Of a stretch of 64,000 bases of DNA, positions 39,457-49,677 are shown piece by piece. Origin of the DNA: an uncultured virus (IMG/VR IMGVR_UViG_3300027754_000050) (lineage: Duplodnaviria > Heunggongvirae > Uroviricota > Caudoviricetes); IMG/VR virus record IMGVR_UViG_3300027754_000050, one strand, 5' to 3'. A program made the position numbers and the translations under genes. The notes under the pieces were generated by a model. The model worked only from the letters and a program-made list of their open reading frames with translations. It made no database searches and was not told the DNA's origin. Numbering within the stretch: the first letter of the stretch is position 1; each line of letters opens with the position of its first letter.

Positions 39457-40317
39457 CTAGTGATTAGTGTCTTCTATCTTTGCTTGAAGTTCCGTAGGCA
39501 TTTTTTCTATTTCTTCAAAAGATGGTGCTTCTATAGAAGAATTTAAAACCCACATAACTTTCTCTTGCGTTGCCCAAGAAACCATTCTTCTCATTGGTAC
39601 AATTAAATTAAACGTTTCACCTGAGCCACGAACTAACATTCCAATATACTGACCATCCAAAAGATATACGCCACCGCCACTGCTTCCAGGAAAAGCAGTA
39701 ACAGTGGTCTGATCGAATATTGTTTTCGGACCATTATTTATAGAGACAGTTCTACCAATTTGACTCATAATGCCTGTTGTCATGCTGTTGCTGCCCATTT
39801 CGCCTAATAACGAGCCTACATGATAAAGTTGTGTTCCAATTGGAACTCCAACTCCGTCTTTATCCGTAAAAACCTTTCCACTAACATCTACGAATCCAAC
39901 TTTTCTGATCATGAGAATAGCGATGTCTTCGCCTTCTTTAGCGTCACTGTACTTTAATACTTTTGCATCAACGGATAGCTGTCCAACGGTTCTGCCGTTC
40001 TCTACAAGTTTTTTTACAATCTCAGCATCCTGAAACTCTACGATTTTTTTTATGGAGCCAGTTGGATCTACAATGCTTCTTGTAGAACGAAGCCCATCAA
40101 TAACGTGTGCGGCTGTTAAAACAAAATTAACTTTTTTGCTACCACCACTAAATTTTATATCTCGGGTGAATATTACTCCGCTTCCTTCAGAGGAAGCAAA
40201 CCCGCTCTTTGCCTTTACTGTGACGCTAATGTCTTGAAGGTACTTTGATACATCCTCAGAGAAACAGTCACTAGATAAAAAAACTACAGCAAAAATAGAC
40301 AAAAAAACTTTTTTCAT
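39457..40317 (-). CDS. Secreted trypsin-like (HtrA-type, no PDZ) serine protease
   Basis: Signal peptide; GSGV, LTAAHV, EDIAIL, PGSSGGGV. Confidence 0.88.
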   Translation of the reverse strand: MKKVFLSIFAVVFLSSDCFSEDVSKYLQDISVTVKAKSGFASSEGSGVIFTRDIKFSGGSKKVNFVLTAAHVIDGLRSTRSIVDPTGSIKKIVEFQDAEIVKKLVENGRTVGQLSVDAKVLKYSDAKEGEDIAILMIRKVGFVDVSGKVFTDKDGVGVPIGTQLYHVGSLLGEMGSNSMTTGIMSQIGRTVSINNGPKTIFDQTTVTAFPGSSGGGVYLLDGQYIGMLVRGSGETFNLIVPMRRMVSWATQEKVMWVLNSSIEAPSFEEIEKMPTELQAKIEDTNH

Positions 40318-40450
40318 TTGACTCCTTTTTAAATTACTTATAGTCTATTGACGAGAACTTTATAATAATATCGAAATAGGATGTGATTAGTTTTATGTTA
40401 TATGTATGCTGGTTGTTTATTTTTTTTAATTTAACTTAACTACATATTGC

Positions 40451-41410
40451 ATGATTTCAATTAAAGCTTTAAAAGTATGTTTGTGCATTTTTTTAACATT
40501 TGCTATTTTTATTACTAGAAATGTTATATTAGATTCTGGCAATATAAAAGTATTTAACGCTTCTCTACCATTTGACGTTAAAAACCCCAATAATATAGCC
40601 GTTCTTTTTACTATGACAGATGAAGGTGGGAGAATTGAAAATCTAAATATGATGAAAAGCACTTTTGAAGATGGGTCTTTGGGCTTTCATTGTGAAAAAT
40701 ATCACAATGTTTCATCTAAGACAATTTATGAGAAAATAAAGCAGGTGTCTTCTGAGTTGGACGAGGAAGGAACACTACTTTTATACTTTAATAGCCATGG
40801 TGGTGGAAGCGGCAAAAATTTTGCAATGCAAGCTAATGGAGCTAGCCTTAAATTCAGCAAAGTAATACGGTCTATATTAGAAGGTAAAAAAGTAAAAAGA
40901 CTTATAATTCTAGTAGATACATGCCATGCAGAAGGAGCAATAAACGAAGGCTTTCAAGGAGGCGGAAAGCTTATACGAAACATAAAAACCGATTCAATAG
41001 AATTGCCTAAACACTATAGTGGCAATAAATTGCCTCGTTTCCTACAGTTCTTTACAGATGAAGATAATCTTTTATATTATGGAGAAAATAGTGGAGCATA
41101 TGAAGAATTGCTAGTTATAAGCTCTTCTAGTAGTGAAGACTTGTCTATGAGAGGAGCGTTTGCAGAAAGGTTTAAGCGTTCTTTTAATGAAATAAAAAAT
41201 GATGAAAATCCAACTGTTGCGAGTTTCTTAAAAAAGTTTGCAGCTATGCACAATAATACTAAACAGCAGCCATATTATAAAGCTATACCAGAAGAAATAC
41301 TTAGTGAGCCTTTGTTCAAAAATTTACCATCAAGAGATATTGCAATAAAATCAAATGATGGAAAAACTTACAAGAAAAGTTATATACTGATGCCATTAAA
41401 AACGAAATGA
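40451..41410 (+). CDS. Caspase-like (clan CD) cysteine peptidase with N-terminal hydrophobic anchor
   Basis: LLLYFNSHGGG and LIILVDTCHA His/Cys dyad motifs. Confidence 0.75.
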   Translation: MISIKALKVCLCIFLTFAIFITRNVILDSGNIKVFNASLPFDVKNPNNIAVLFTMTDEGGRIENLNMMKSTFEDGSLGFHCEKYHNVSSKTIYEKIKQVSSELDEEGTLLLYFNSHGGGSGKNFAMQANGASLKFSKVIRSILEGKKVKRLIILVDTCHAEGAINEGFQGGGKLIRNIKTDSIELPKHYSGNKLPRFLQFFTDEDNLLYYGENSGAYEELLVISSSSSEDLSMRGAFAERFKRSFNEIKNDENPTVASFLKKFAAMHNNTKQQPYYKAIPEEILSEPLFKNLPSRDIAIKSNDGKTYKKSYILMPLKTK

Positions 41411-41414
41411 CCGC

Positions 41415-42215
41415 ATGAAAAACTTGTTAATGTGTGATCCTTCTTTTTATCAAATAGATTATGAAATTAATCCGTGGATGAGTGTACTTAAAAAAGCAAA
41501 CTCCAATTTAGCTATACAACAATGGAACGATTTAGTTTCTCTTATTGAAAAAGTTGGAGCTAAGGTACACAAAATGAATCCCATACCGGGTTTTCCAGAT
41601 ATTGTTTTTACGGCTAATGCAGCAATAGTTTTTCAAGATATTGTATTACTGTCAAACTTTAAATACGCTGAAAGAAAAGGAGAGAAAAAACACTATAAGG
41701 AATGGTTTGATGCACATAGTTACAGAACTTTTGAACTTCCTGAGTCGCTTATCTTTGAAGGTGCTGGGGACGTTTTATTAGGAGAGGAAGGATATATCTT
41801 TTTTGGAAGTGGATTCAGAAGCGAAGAAAATGCATATCAATATAACATATGGGATGCCATATTTAATCTGAAATTCAAATCTATCCCTTTGAAATTAGTT
41901 GATCCATATTTTTATCATTTAGATACTTGCTTTTGCCCACTAAAAGGCAAACAAATTCTTATACATTCTCCAGCTTTTGAAAAAGAAAGTCTAGATATGC
42001 TAAAAAGCAGGTTTGATCTTATAGAAGTTCCAAAAAATGATGCTGCGAATTTTGCTTGCAACGCTGTTCTAATAGAAAACAATATAATAATACCATCAAA
42101 CTGCGAAGAAACAAAAAACTTGTTGCAAGGTAATGGATACGAGGTACATGAAACAAATATGAGCGAATTTATTTTAGCTGGCGGGGCATGTCGTTGTTTA
42201 ACATTGGTAATTTAG
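41415..42215 (+). CDS. Amidinotransferase / DDAH family protein
   Basis: YEINPWM, PDIVFTAN, FEGAGD, FYHLDTCF, GGACRCLTL. Confidence 0.92.
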   Translation: MKNLLMCDPSFYQIDYEINPWMSVLKKANSNLAIQQWNDLVSLIEKVGAKVHKMNPIPGFPDIVFTANAAIVFQDIVLLSNFKYAERKGEKKHYKEWFDAHSYRTFELPESLIFEGAGDVLLGEEGYIFFGSGFRSEENAYQYNIWDAIFNLKFKSIPLKLVDPYFYHLDTCFCPLKGKQILIHSPAFEKESLDMLKSRFDLIEVPKNDAANFACNAVLIENNIIIPSNCEETKNLLQGNGYEVHETNMSEFILAGGACRCLTLVI

Positions 42216-42575
42216 ATGGAAGACAAAAATTTTGTTGGAGAAAAAGAACTTAAGCAATACAAAGACTTTGCATTCAAGACAGATATGATCAAAATGTCTG
42301 TTGCTTTTATACTAGGATCATCTTTCAATAAGGTGGTAACAGGTGTCTCAGAACTCATACTGATGCCGATTGTTAACTTTGTAGCATATCAAGCAGGAGG
42401 ATCTTGGAGAAAATGGCACGTTGAGCCACTTAAAGGACTCAATTTTGAGGTTGGAGAGTTTCTTGGAATAATGTTAGAATTTTTCTTAATATCTTTGATA
42501 CTCTATATTGTCTATAAACGCTTTAACTGCAATGAGCCGAACAACATATGTCAAGTTCCCAAAAAGGACCGCTAG
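42216..42575 (+). CDS. mscL: MscL-like large-conductance mechanosensitive channel
   Basis: KQYKDFAFKTDMIKMSVAFILGSSFNKVV...ILMP; second TM helix. Confidence 0.8.
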   Translation: MEDKNFVGEKELKQYKDFAFKTDMIKMSVAFILGSSFNKVVTGVSELILMPIVNFVAYQAGGSWRKWHVEPLKGLNFEVGEFLGIMLEFFLISLILYIVYKRFNCNEPNNICQVPKKDR

Positions 42576-43222
42576 GATTTGGAGAGTACGAAAGTGTTGC
42601 AATCGACCTTATAAAAACTACCGTATCATTACTTGACAATCTAAAGATTATAAACACATTGATATCAGGTACTTTATTGGGGTATGTGAGACACAATGGT
42701 TTCATTCCTTGGGATGATGATATTGATATGTTGGTAGAAAAATCTCTCCTGACTCATTTGTCAAGTCTGAGAAAAAATAATCCCAATATTAGCTTTATTT
42801 GTGCAGACTATAATACTTATGTCAAAGTTGCGTTTAAGGATAGGGGGTTTCAAATAGATGGTGAATTTAGTGTTAAATACGATCACGATTTGAAAATAGA
42901 TGTTCCAAATTATTGGCCATTCATAGATTTATTTTTATATGAAAAAAGCTCACAAAATAAAATCAAGTTTTTTAACAAAGAATGGTTGGCGAACCAATTC
43001 TTCCCACTTAAAAAAACAAATTTTATGGGTGTCGATGTATCAGTTCCAAGGAGACCAAATTACTTCCTTAAATTAAACTACGGGAATTACATGAAGCCGA
43101 TTGATAAAGGATATTCACACAAACATGAGCACTATTCTGATGTTGTCGAACGTGCTATAAACTTACAAACGTTTCATAATGGAATACAAAATGAAGGAAA
43201 TAATTTATACCAAAGCGAATAA
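42548..43222 (+). CDS. LicD/fukutin family phosphotransferase
   Basis: GTLLGYVRHNGFIPWDDDID; IDLF; P...L...YG.YM. Confidence 0.9.
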   Translation: MSSSQKGPLGFGEYESVAIDLIKTTVSLLDNLKIINTLISGTLLGYVRHNGFIPWDDDIDMLVEKSLLTHLSSLRKNNPNISFICADYNTYVKVAFKDRGFQIDGEFSVKYDHDLKIDVPNYWPFIDLFLYEKSSQNKIKFFNKEWLANQFFPLKKTNFMGVDVSVPRRPNYFLKLNYGNYMKPIDKGYSHKHEHYSDVVERAINLQTFHNGIQNEGNNLYQSE

Positions 43223-43883
43223 TACCAATATTGGTATTATTTTAGCAGCAGGCAACAGCAATAGATTTAATAGCAAAACATCAAAAATACTATATAAAAT
43301 CAATAATAAGCCAATTATAAAACACTCTATTGACTTGCTGTCAAAATATTTAAATAAAATTATTGTTGTTGTAAACAGTAAAGATTATAAAAGCGTAAAG
43401 AAACTATTAAATAAATCTGTTGTTCTGGTTGTTAACAATGTTGACAACCGATTAGACTCTATCAAAACAGGACTTGATTGTATTAAATGCACAGACGAAA
43501 TATCAAATGTTTTAATACACGACGCTGCTAGACCATATATCACTCCAGAAATGATTAAATGCCTAATACACAACTCTGAGAAATATCAATACTCCCAATA
43601 TTATTTAAATCTGGTCGATGGTCTTGTTAAAAAGACCACGACAGGATTTGACGTTGTAGATAGAAATAATTATTTGCAGTTATGCACACCACAAATGATT
43701 GACTATCATTTGTTCGGTTTTTTATTCCGAAAGTACGTCTACCCTAAGAACAGACTATCATGTGAGATACTTCCTCTTTTGAATAAGTTTAATATATCTT
43801 ATAATTTAATAGAAGGTAATCACACATATTTAAGAAAAGTAACTAATTTAGATGATATATTATCAATTAAAAAAACAACATGA
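43191..43883 (+). CDS. IspD/TarI-like cytidylyltransferase
   Basis: IILAAGNSNRF, VLIHDAARP, TPQ, KVT..DD. Confidence 0.85.
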   Translation: MKEIIYTKANNTNIGIILAAGNSNRFNSKTSKILYKINNKPIIKHSIDLLSKYLNKIIVVVNSKDYKSVKKLLNKSVVLVVNNVDNRLDSIKTGLDCIKCTDEISNVLIHDAARPYITPEMIKCLIHNSEKYQYSQYYLNLVDGLVKKTTTGFDVVDRNNYLQLCTPQMIDYHLFGFLFRKYVYPKNRLSCEILPLLNKFNISYNLIEGNHTYLRKVTNLDDILSIKKTT

Positions 43884-44575
43884 AAATACCAATTATTTTC
43901 TGGCTTTACTACTTAGACCTATATGAAGAATTCTTGCCATTCTTAAAACAAGAAGAAGTATATCCTATATTTGGATTATGTAATGATAATGATAATTCTC
44001 AAATAATAAAATCTATTGAGAATCACTTTAGTGAATACGAGATACAATTTTTTGAAAACATAGGGGCAGATATATTTCCATTCATACAACAATTGAAAAG
44101 TATAAAAGAACCATATTTTATAAAAATACATACGAAAAGAGACAGTAAATGTAGAAGCTTTCTTTATAATAATGTTTTAAATAATATTAAAGCATGCACA
44201 GAAACGCTAAATCAAAAAGAGGTTGTTCATCCGTGGGGTAAGAAAAGTAAAAACGATATTGGAATGATTGCCAGCAAAAACTGTCTCGTTAGCAATCATG
44301 AATATACCAACTCCAATCAGATAATAGAACTATGCAATATATTGAATATAGACTATAGCAAGGTAAAGCTTACAAGATATGTTAGCGGAACAATGTTCAT
44401 GTCTAGGACAGATATATTCAAAAAATATTTCACCCCAGAAATAATTTTAAAAATATCTTCTTTGATAGAACATGGGAAAGTAGAAGATAAAAATTCTGGA
44501 ACCTATACTCATGCTCTAGAAAGAATTTTTGGCTATATTATAACAAATGAAAGAATGAGAATTAAATCAATATGA
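43880..44575 (+). CDS. RgpF/rhamnan-synthesis-like glycosyltransferase
   Basis: ENIGADIFPF, KIHTK, GTMF, THALERIFG. Confidence 0.75.
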   Translation: MKIPIIFWLYYLDLYEEFLPFLKQEEVYPIFGLCNDNDNSQIIKSIENHFSEYEIQFFENIGADIFPFIQQLKSIKEPYFIKIHTKRDSKCRSFLYNNVLNNIKACTETLNQKEVVHPWGKKSKNDIGMIASKNCLVSNHEYTNSNQIIELCNILNIDYSKVKLTRYVSGTMFMSRTDIFKKYFTPEIILKISSLIEHGKVEDKNSGTYTHALERIFGYIITNERMRIKSI

Positions 44576-44576
44576 A

Positions 44577-46355
44577 TTAAACGTCAATTAATTCTTGGTT
44601 ATTCAGGAATGTTGTTATGAGTTGAAGTCTATCGCTTCTTATTTCTACTCCATTTAATTTATTGTTTAATTTATCTAAATTATAAATGAATTTATCTAAA
44701 TTATTAGAATTATCTTTATGGTCAAATATAGCAAGTCCATAATCTATAAATGTAATTTTATTGTCTTTTACTAAAATATTTTGTAATTTAAACTCTGGAT
44801 AAAATATTCCACAACTGTTTAATTTTGTAAATATATCTTTTATTTGTTGCTTCCAATCAACTGGTAATTTAAAGTTATCCCATAAAGATTCACCACAATA
44901 GTTCATAACTAAATTCAGTTTATCTTCATCACATGAAATTAATTTAATATTTAAATCATGAAATTGAATACGTTTTAATATATCTAGTTCTTTTTTAAAT
45001 ATATCTTTGCTGTTGTCATGGTTGTGAGTAATCCATCGCAATTTATCATTATACTGCTTAATAATATTGTCACCACATATGTATGTGTGTGCTGTTGTGC
45101 CGAAAGAGTATGCTTTTATATCTTTATCATGTAAATTAAATTTTTCTAATGTCCACAATAAGGCTTTAATGAGATACATTGCCTCAGTTTCATCTTTTAT
45201 ACCTTTTTTTGAACACTGCAATACAAATCGCATACCATTCATTAGTCTGTCGAAATCAGGATAATCACTATATGCTTCTAAATCAATTGAATAAGATTCG
45301 ACATTATCATTAATTATTGGATTGTCATAGGGATTAAAATGTAAAATATAATGCCAAAAAACATCGTACAATAAATTTTGAGAAATAATTTTATTTCTAT
45401 CTTCATTATTTTCCAGCATAATATTGGTTAAATTTAATAAGCTGTCCTCAATAGTGACAATGATATCTCTAACACCATCATAATGAGGGGAATTAAAAAT
45501 AACATATAGATTGTTTTGTGTATTGGTAGAGATGTTTTTTTGGTATACTGTCCCTTGAATATTATAAATGTTTAATTGATTTCTTAGGTTTGAAAGAAGA
45601 ACATCAACCTGATCTGTTATTGGATACATTCCTTTAAAAATACTTGGTAGGGCTTTGTTCTTTATAATATAGAAATGAGTGGAATGAAAATCCTCATCGA
45701 ACTTGTACAGCACACTATCATAAATCTTGTTTTTAGAACAAGCATTCATTGTTAGTATGTCCCAATCATCTGGAACTTTTTGGATATATTCTTCTATTGT
45801 TTCTGTGTTGGCGATACTAATATCGTCCTCACATATTATTGTGTAATCCTTAAAGTTGTTATACCCATAAATCATTGATCTTAAATGCGAGATATAGCAA
45901 GCCAATGGACCGTCTTGTATGTGAATGTTATCATCGTTTAAAAAAGAAAACTCATCCATTTTTATTTCTTTAGATTCTATAATTGGATTAAAATCCTTCA
46001 GGAAATTTAATACAAATGTTAAATCTTCACACGTTTTATTCTTTTCTTTCCAATAAGTTCCTTTCAAGTGTGCAAAATTATCAATGTTTATTTTTTTAAA
46101 TTCCTCTATAGTATTATTATATCTTTGAGTATCTTTCTCAAGATTAATCATAATACAATTCATTGCTATGTTACAATTATTAAACAAATATTTTTGTATT
46201 AAATCTTTAATATCTATTTTTTTATTTGAGGTGGTTTCTATATATTCTTCATATTGAAACCTTTTTACATCTACTCCATGAAATATTCTTTTTGCTGGCG
46301 ATTCTAAATTTGCTGAGCACGAAATATCTTCTGTTATATCAATTGTTTTTTTCAT
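44577..46355 (-). CDS. GT25-like glycosyltransferase fused to a kinase-like domain
   Basis: INLEKDTQR, ACYISH and ICEDD (GT25); C-terminal KKELDIL...YCGESL...FKLQNILVKD..ITFIDYG kinase motifs. Confidence 0.75.
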   Translation of the reverse strand: MKKTIDITEDISCSANLESPAKRIFHGVDVKRFQYEEYIETTSNKKIDIKDLIQKYLFNNCNIAMNCIMINLEKDTQRYNNTIEEFKKINIDNFAHLKGTYWKEKNKTCEDLTFVLNFLKDFNPIIESKEIKMDEFSFLNDDNIHIQDGPLACYISHLRSMIYGYNNFKDYTIICEDDISIANTETIEEYIQKVPDDWDILTMNACSKNKIYDSVLYKFDEDFHSTHFYIIKNKALPSIFKGMYPITDQVDVLLSNLRNQLNIYNIQGTVYQKNISTNTQNNLYVIFNSPHYDGVRDIIVTIEDSLLNLTNIMLENNEDRNKIISQNLLYDVFWHYILHFNPYDNPIINDNVESYSIDLEAYSDYPDFDRLMNGMRFVLQCSKKGIKDETEAMYLIKALLWTLEKFNLHDKDIKAYSFGTTAHTYICGDNIIKQYNDKLRWITHNHDNSKDIFKKELDILKRIQFHDLNIKLISCDEDKLNLVMNYCGESLWDNFKLPVDWKQQIKDIFTKLNSCGIFYPEFKLQNILVKDNKITFIDYGLAIFDHKDNSNNLDKFIYNLDKLNNKLNGVEIRSDRLQLITTFLNNQELIDV

Positions 46356-46878
46356 TTTGATTCAGCATATTACATGCGTATTCTGCATCCTTTTTTACAT
46401 TAATATTATTTTTTGTCCAATTTTTTAAATGACCAAAAAACAAGTGGCAATTAAAACTTTTGTTTTCGCACAAACTAACCAAATTGTCTAAGTCTAATTC
46501 TTTTTCAGGATGGGAATGAACAGGAAAAATATGATGCGGAACGACATTGTATAAACTACCGCAAACAACGCAACTCGGATTTTTTTCAAGATGTAGTATT
46601 CTAATTTTTCTCCATTTAGAACTTCTTGGAGAAGATAAAATTGAAACATCAACTTTAAGCCTGCTGCGCAAAGTCAAAATCCCAAAAAACAAAATGATCA
46701 GACCTATTCCGGGAATTGGTAAAAATAAAAAATAAACTCCAAAAACAATCAAAAACAATCCGATTGAATAAACCAGAAATTTAGGAACCCATTTAAAACA
46801 ACAGAACAGGTAACATATTGGTCCAATGAAAAGAGCAGTCAATATAACTAAAGATGCTAAAATAGCTAAGCTCGCCAT
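46339..46878 (-). CDS. HNH endonuclease with N-terminal membrane segments
   Basis: RSSKWRKIR...CVVCG...HHIFP...NLVSLCE...CHL..GH. Confidence 0.75.
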   Translation of the reverse strand: MASLAILASLVILTALFIGPICYLFCCFKWVPKFLVYSIGLFLIVFGVYFLFLPIPGIGLIILFFGILTLRSRLKVDVSILSSPRSSKWRKIRILHLEKNPSCVVCGSLYNVVPHHIFPVHSHPEKELDLDNLVSLCENKSFNCHLFFGHLKNWTKNNINVKKDAEYACNMLNQNEKNN

Positions 46879-47927
46879 TAATTAACCTCTGTCGCCAATT
46901 GCGACAAAACGCCTCGAGCAACATTTACAAAAGCTTCTTTTGAAGAATAATCAGGAATAGAAACAGTCCATTTTCCACTTGCAATCATATTGGCAAGCTC
47001 TTTCAAGTTGTAAATCTCTTCGTTAGAGGCTTTTATTGTTGTTATGTCAACACCATCGCCCCTTCTATCAAACAAGTCAGAAACCAACTGATATTTTGAT
47101 GAGATGAATCTTCGGAAAATATTGTAAGTTGCATAAGTCAGTTTTACAGGAACGATATATGACTTTGAAAGATTTGACTGTGACAAGGACGGACGTATTA
47201 AACTTTTTCTCAAAGTAGGAATTTCACCAGTTGCAGATATTTCTTTATAAAGTTTTTGATCCTGCAAGAATGATTCATATCTTATATAATCATATTCTTT
47301 TTCAATTGCCACCTTGATCATGTTTTCTAAAGTGCTAATGTATCTTTCAATTTGGTCTATGCTCGTACCAAAATCTAACCAGTTATCACCTTGGGTGCTT
47401 TTTCTTGTAGAGTTTTTCTTCATGAAATCATTTACCATAGAAAGTTTAATTGAAAGATCTCTAACGCTAATCTTGCCGTGTAGATTTAAGCTGTCAATAT
47501 TGAGCATATTTAAAAAGTCTCGAGCAGCAACGTTGTTCACGTTTAATTCAGGATGTTTTGGAACTTCATCCACCTCAACTCCAATTCGATATACACGCCC
47601 TCTATTCGTATTAGATGTGTCTAAACGAGGATCACTCGTTATAGTTCCTCCTAAATCAACAAAATAATACAGCATCGCCTGTAATACTTTTTTAACGAGA
47701 TCCTCCCGTAAACCATCAATATAAAAATTAACTATTCCACGGTGAATGCCAACATCAAGTCCATCAACAGCAATAATTTCATGAATATCTTTATTGGCGA
47801 AATCATTTCTGAATTGGTTCAGTACCTTAGAAGCAACACTCCATGTTAAATTCAAAAGATCTTGTGGCTGATCAAGACCGTCAATTTTGAATGTAACAGA
47901 CTCATTTATCCATTTTTTAAAATTCAT
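46878..47927 (-). CDS. Hypothetical protein with CTS-like N-terminus
   Basis: MNFKKWINES. Confidence 0.7.
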   Translation of the reverse strand: MNFKKWINESVTFKIDGLDQPQDLLNLTWSVASKVLNQFRNDFANKDIHEIIAVDGLDVGIHRGIVNFYIDGLREDLVKKVLQAMLYYFVDLGGTITSDPRLDTSNTNRGRVYRIGVEVDEVPKHPELNVNNVAARDFLNMLNIDSLNLHGKISVRDLSIKLSMVNDFMKKNSTRKSTQGDNWLDFGTSIDQIERYISTLENMIKVAIEKEYDYIRYESFLQDQKLYKEISATGEIPTLRKSLIRPSLSQSNLSKSYIVPVKLTYATYNIFRRFISSKYQLVSDLFDRRGDGVDITTIKASNEEIYNLKELANMIASGKWTVSIPDYSSKEAFVNVARGVLSQLATEVN

Positions 47928-47929
47928 GT

Positions 47930-49171
47930 TTATACCGCCATGTTATTAAGAGGTATGTATCTTATTTTTGGATTTAATCTGATAACTTGATTTTGATAAA
48001 CAAAAACATTCCTTACATCTTGTATGCTAGGTTTATTCGTAGAACGATTTTCTATAGGCTTGCGAAAAATATTTGCTGGCATTACGTCATCCTCTTCTTC
48101 CTCATCACTATTTTTTAGTATGTATGCTCCTTCAATTAGGTCATCAATACTTAAAATTGATCTGGAATCTGAGTAGTACTCTTTTCCGTTTTTAAAAATT
48201 ATTTTATAATAATCATCTTCTTTTGATATTTTTTCCACAGATAAAAACTTATCCCTTAGTATGGACTTTATCTTTAAAAGTTTACTTTTTGTCTGTTCTG
48301 TATCAAAAGTAACTCCTAAAAAGTTTGCAAGATCAAGAACGTAGTCCCCGTATTTTTCTTTAACCTCGGTTCCAGCTAGTCCCTGATCACCACTTATTCT
48401 TTTTTGATTAGGACTATATGTAACTACAGCGTGGGGCTTATTTCCTTTGTCAAAAAGAGCTATCATGGTTCTATCATTGTCCAAACTCATAACACCAGCA
48501 CTGCCACAATTTTTCATCATCTTACCAAGCAAATTGCACTTTTTGCCAACATTAATCCATTTCCAACCATTGCTGTAGATCTTCAATGGATCAGACAAAC
48601 TAAACATATTTTTTTTATCATACTTATCTTGTGCTGCATCAAACGATAAATTTTTGTACGGAGATAAATCTAATAGCTTTTTATTCATAATATCTTGTAT
48701 TATGCTATGAGTAAAAAATCCTTTATCTAAATAATCTGACTCTATTCTTTTTCTATAAAAGTCTCTATTTTCTTTTAAAACATATTCATCTATTGGATCA
48801 TCTGACTCATCGTATTCTTCACCATTAACATGCTTGTAGGCTTTTAGATAAGATTCCCTATCTGTAGTTGAATTGTAAAGTAATACAAAGTCTGTTAAAG
48901 AGTGTCCCTGTTTATAAGAATTCGTGTGAGAGTGAGTCCACCAGGTCCACGAACCACCAGATCTATTTGGGTTAGATTTAATAAAGGTTTCTGTATCCTC
49001 GCCATGGAAATAATCTTTCTCCCATTTTGCTATTTGAAACGATACGTTACCAAATTTTTCATATAAAATATCTGCTATTACCTTTGGAGTGCCAAGACCT
49101 ACAATTTCCTGCTTGTTCTCTGATAGCAAGTAGTCATTGCCTGCTTTTAACCACTCCTTAAAAAAAATCAT
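47930..49171 (-). CDS. CTS-bearing protein with PcfJ-like segment
   Basis: MIFFKEWLK; GKMMKNCG...IALFDKGNKPHAVV resembles the PcfJ domain. Confidence 0.55.
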   Translation of the reverse strand: MIFFKEWLKAGNDYLLSENKQEIVGLGTPKVIADILYEKFGNVSFQIAKWEKDYFHGEDTETFIKSNPNRSGGSWTWWTHSHTNSYKQGHSLTDFVLLYNSTTDRESYLKAYKHVNGEEYDESDDPIDEYVLKENRDFYRKRIESDYLDKGFFTHSIIQDIMNKKLLDLSPYKNLSFDAAQDKYDKKNMFSLSDPLKIYSNGWKWINVGKKCNLLGKMMKNCGSAGVMSLDNDRTMIALFDKGNKPHAVVTYSPNQKRISGDQGLAGTEVKEKYGDYVLDLANFLGVTFDTEQTKSKLLKIKSILRDKFLSVEKISKEDDYYKIIFKNGKEYYSDSRSILSIDDLIEGAYILKNSDEEEEDDVMPANIFRKPIENRSTNKPSIQDVRNVFVYQNQVIRLNPKIRYIPLNNMAV

Positions 49172-49620
49172 AAACCAGCCTGTTTTAGCTTCGTATAATA
49201 TTTAGGATCTTCTCTCAAATGTGCGACACAAATTTTCAAAACATCACCCAAATTATGAGCTACAGCAGTGTCGCCTAACGTATGCTCTTTTTCTGCTGTC
49301 ATTCCCATTTCCAACTCATTAATATCCAAGCTTAATATTTTAACATTGTACTTTTTGGAAAGATGGTCCAAGCGTGAAGCAAATGAAGACATACTGTCTT
49401 TTCCTGCCTGTACATCTGATGAGACTTCTTTTAGTCTTAGCCAATGCGGTTGCCGTTCCAATGGAATAGGATTTTGACTACTCTCAGGTTCGTGTCTAAG
49501 CTTAGGTTTAGATCGTGGTTTCTTTCGAACCGGTGGATTCAATACCGCACCACTTAAATAAGGCCCCTCATCAAGGCTGTTTGCAGCTTTATTTTTAAGC
49601 CATTCTTTGAATTTATTCAT
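49168..49620 (-). CDS. CTS-bearing protein, DUF5661-like
   Basis: MNKFKEWLK; GMTAEKEHT...AHLREDPKYYTKL. Confidence 0.65.
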   Translation of the reverse strand: MNKFKEWLKNKAANSLDEGPYLSGAVLNPPVRKKPRSKPKLRHEPESSQNPIPLERQPHWLRLKEVSSDVQAGKDSMSSFASRLDHLSKKYNVKILSLDINELEMGMTAEKEHTLGDTAVAHNLGDVLKICVAHLREDPKYYTKLKQAGL

Positions 49621-49677
49621 ATTTACACTCACTTATTGGTATGACAATAGAAATATATATAGGGAATAGGGTCTATT

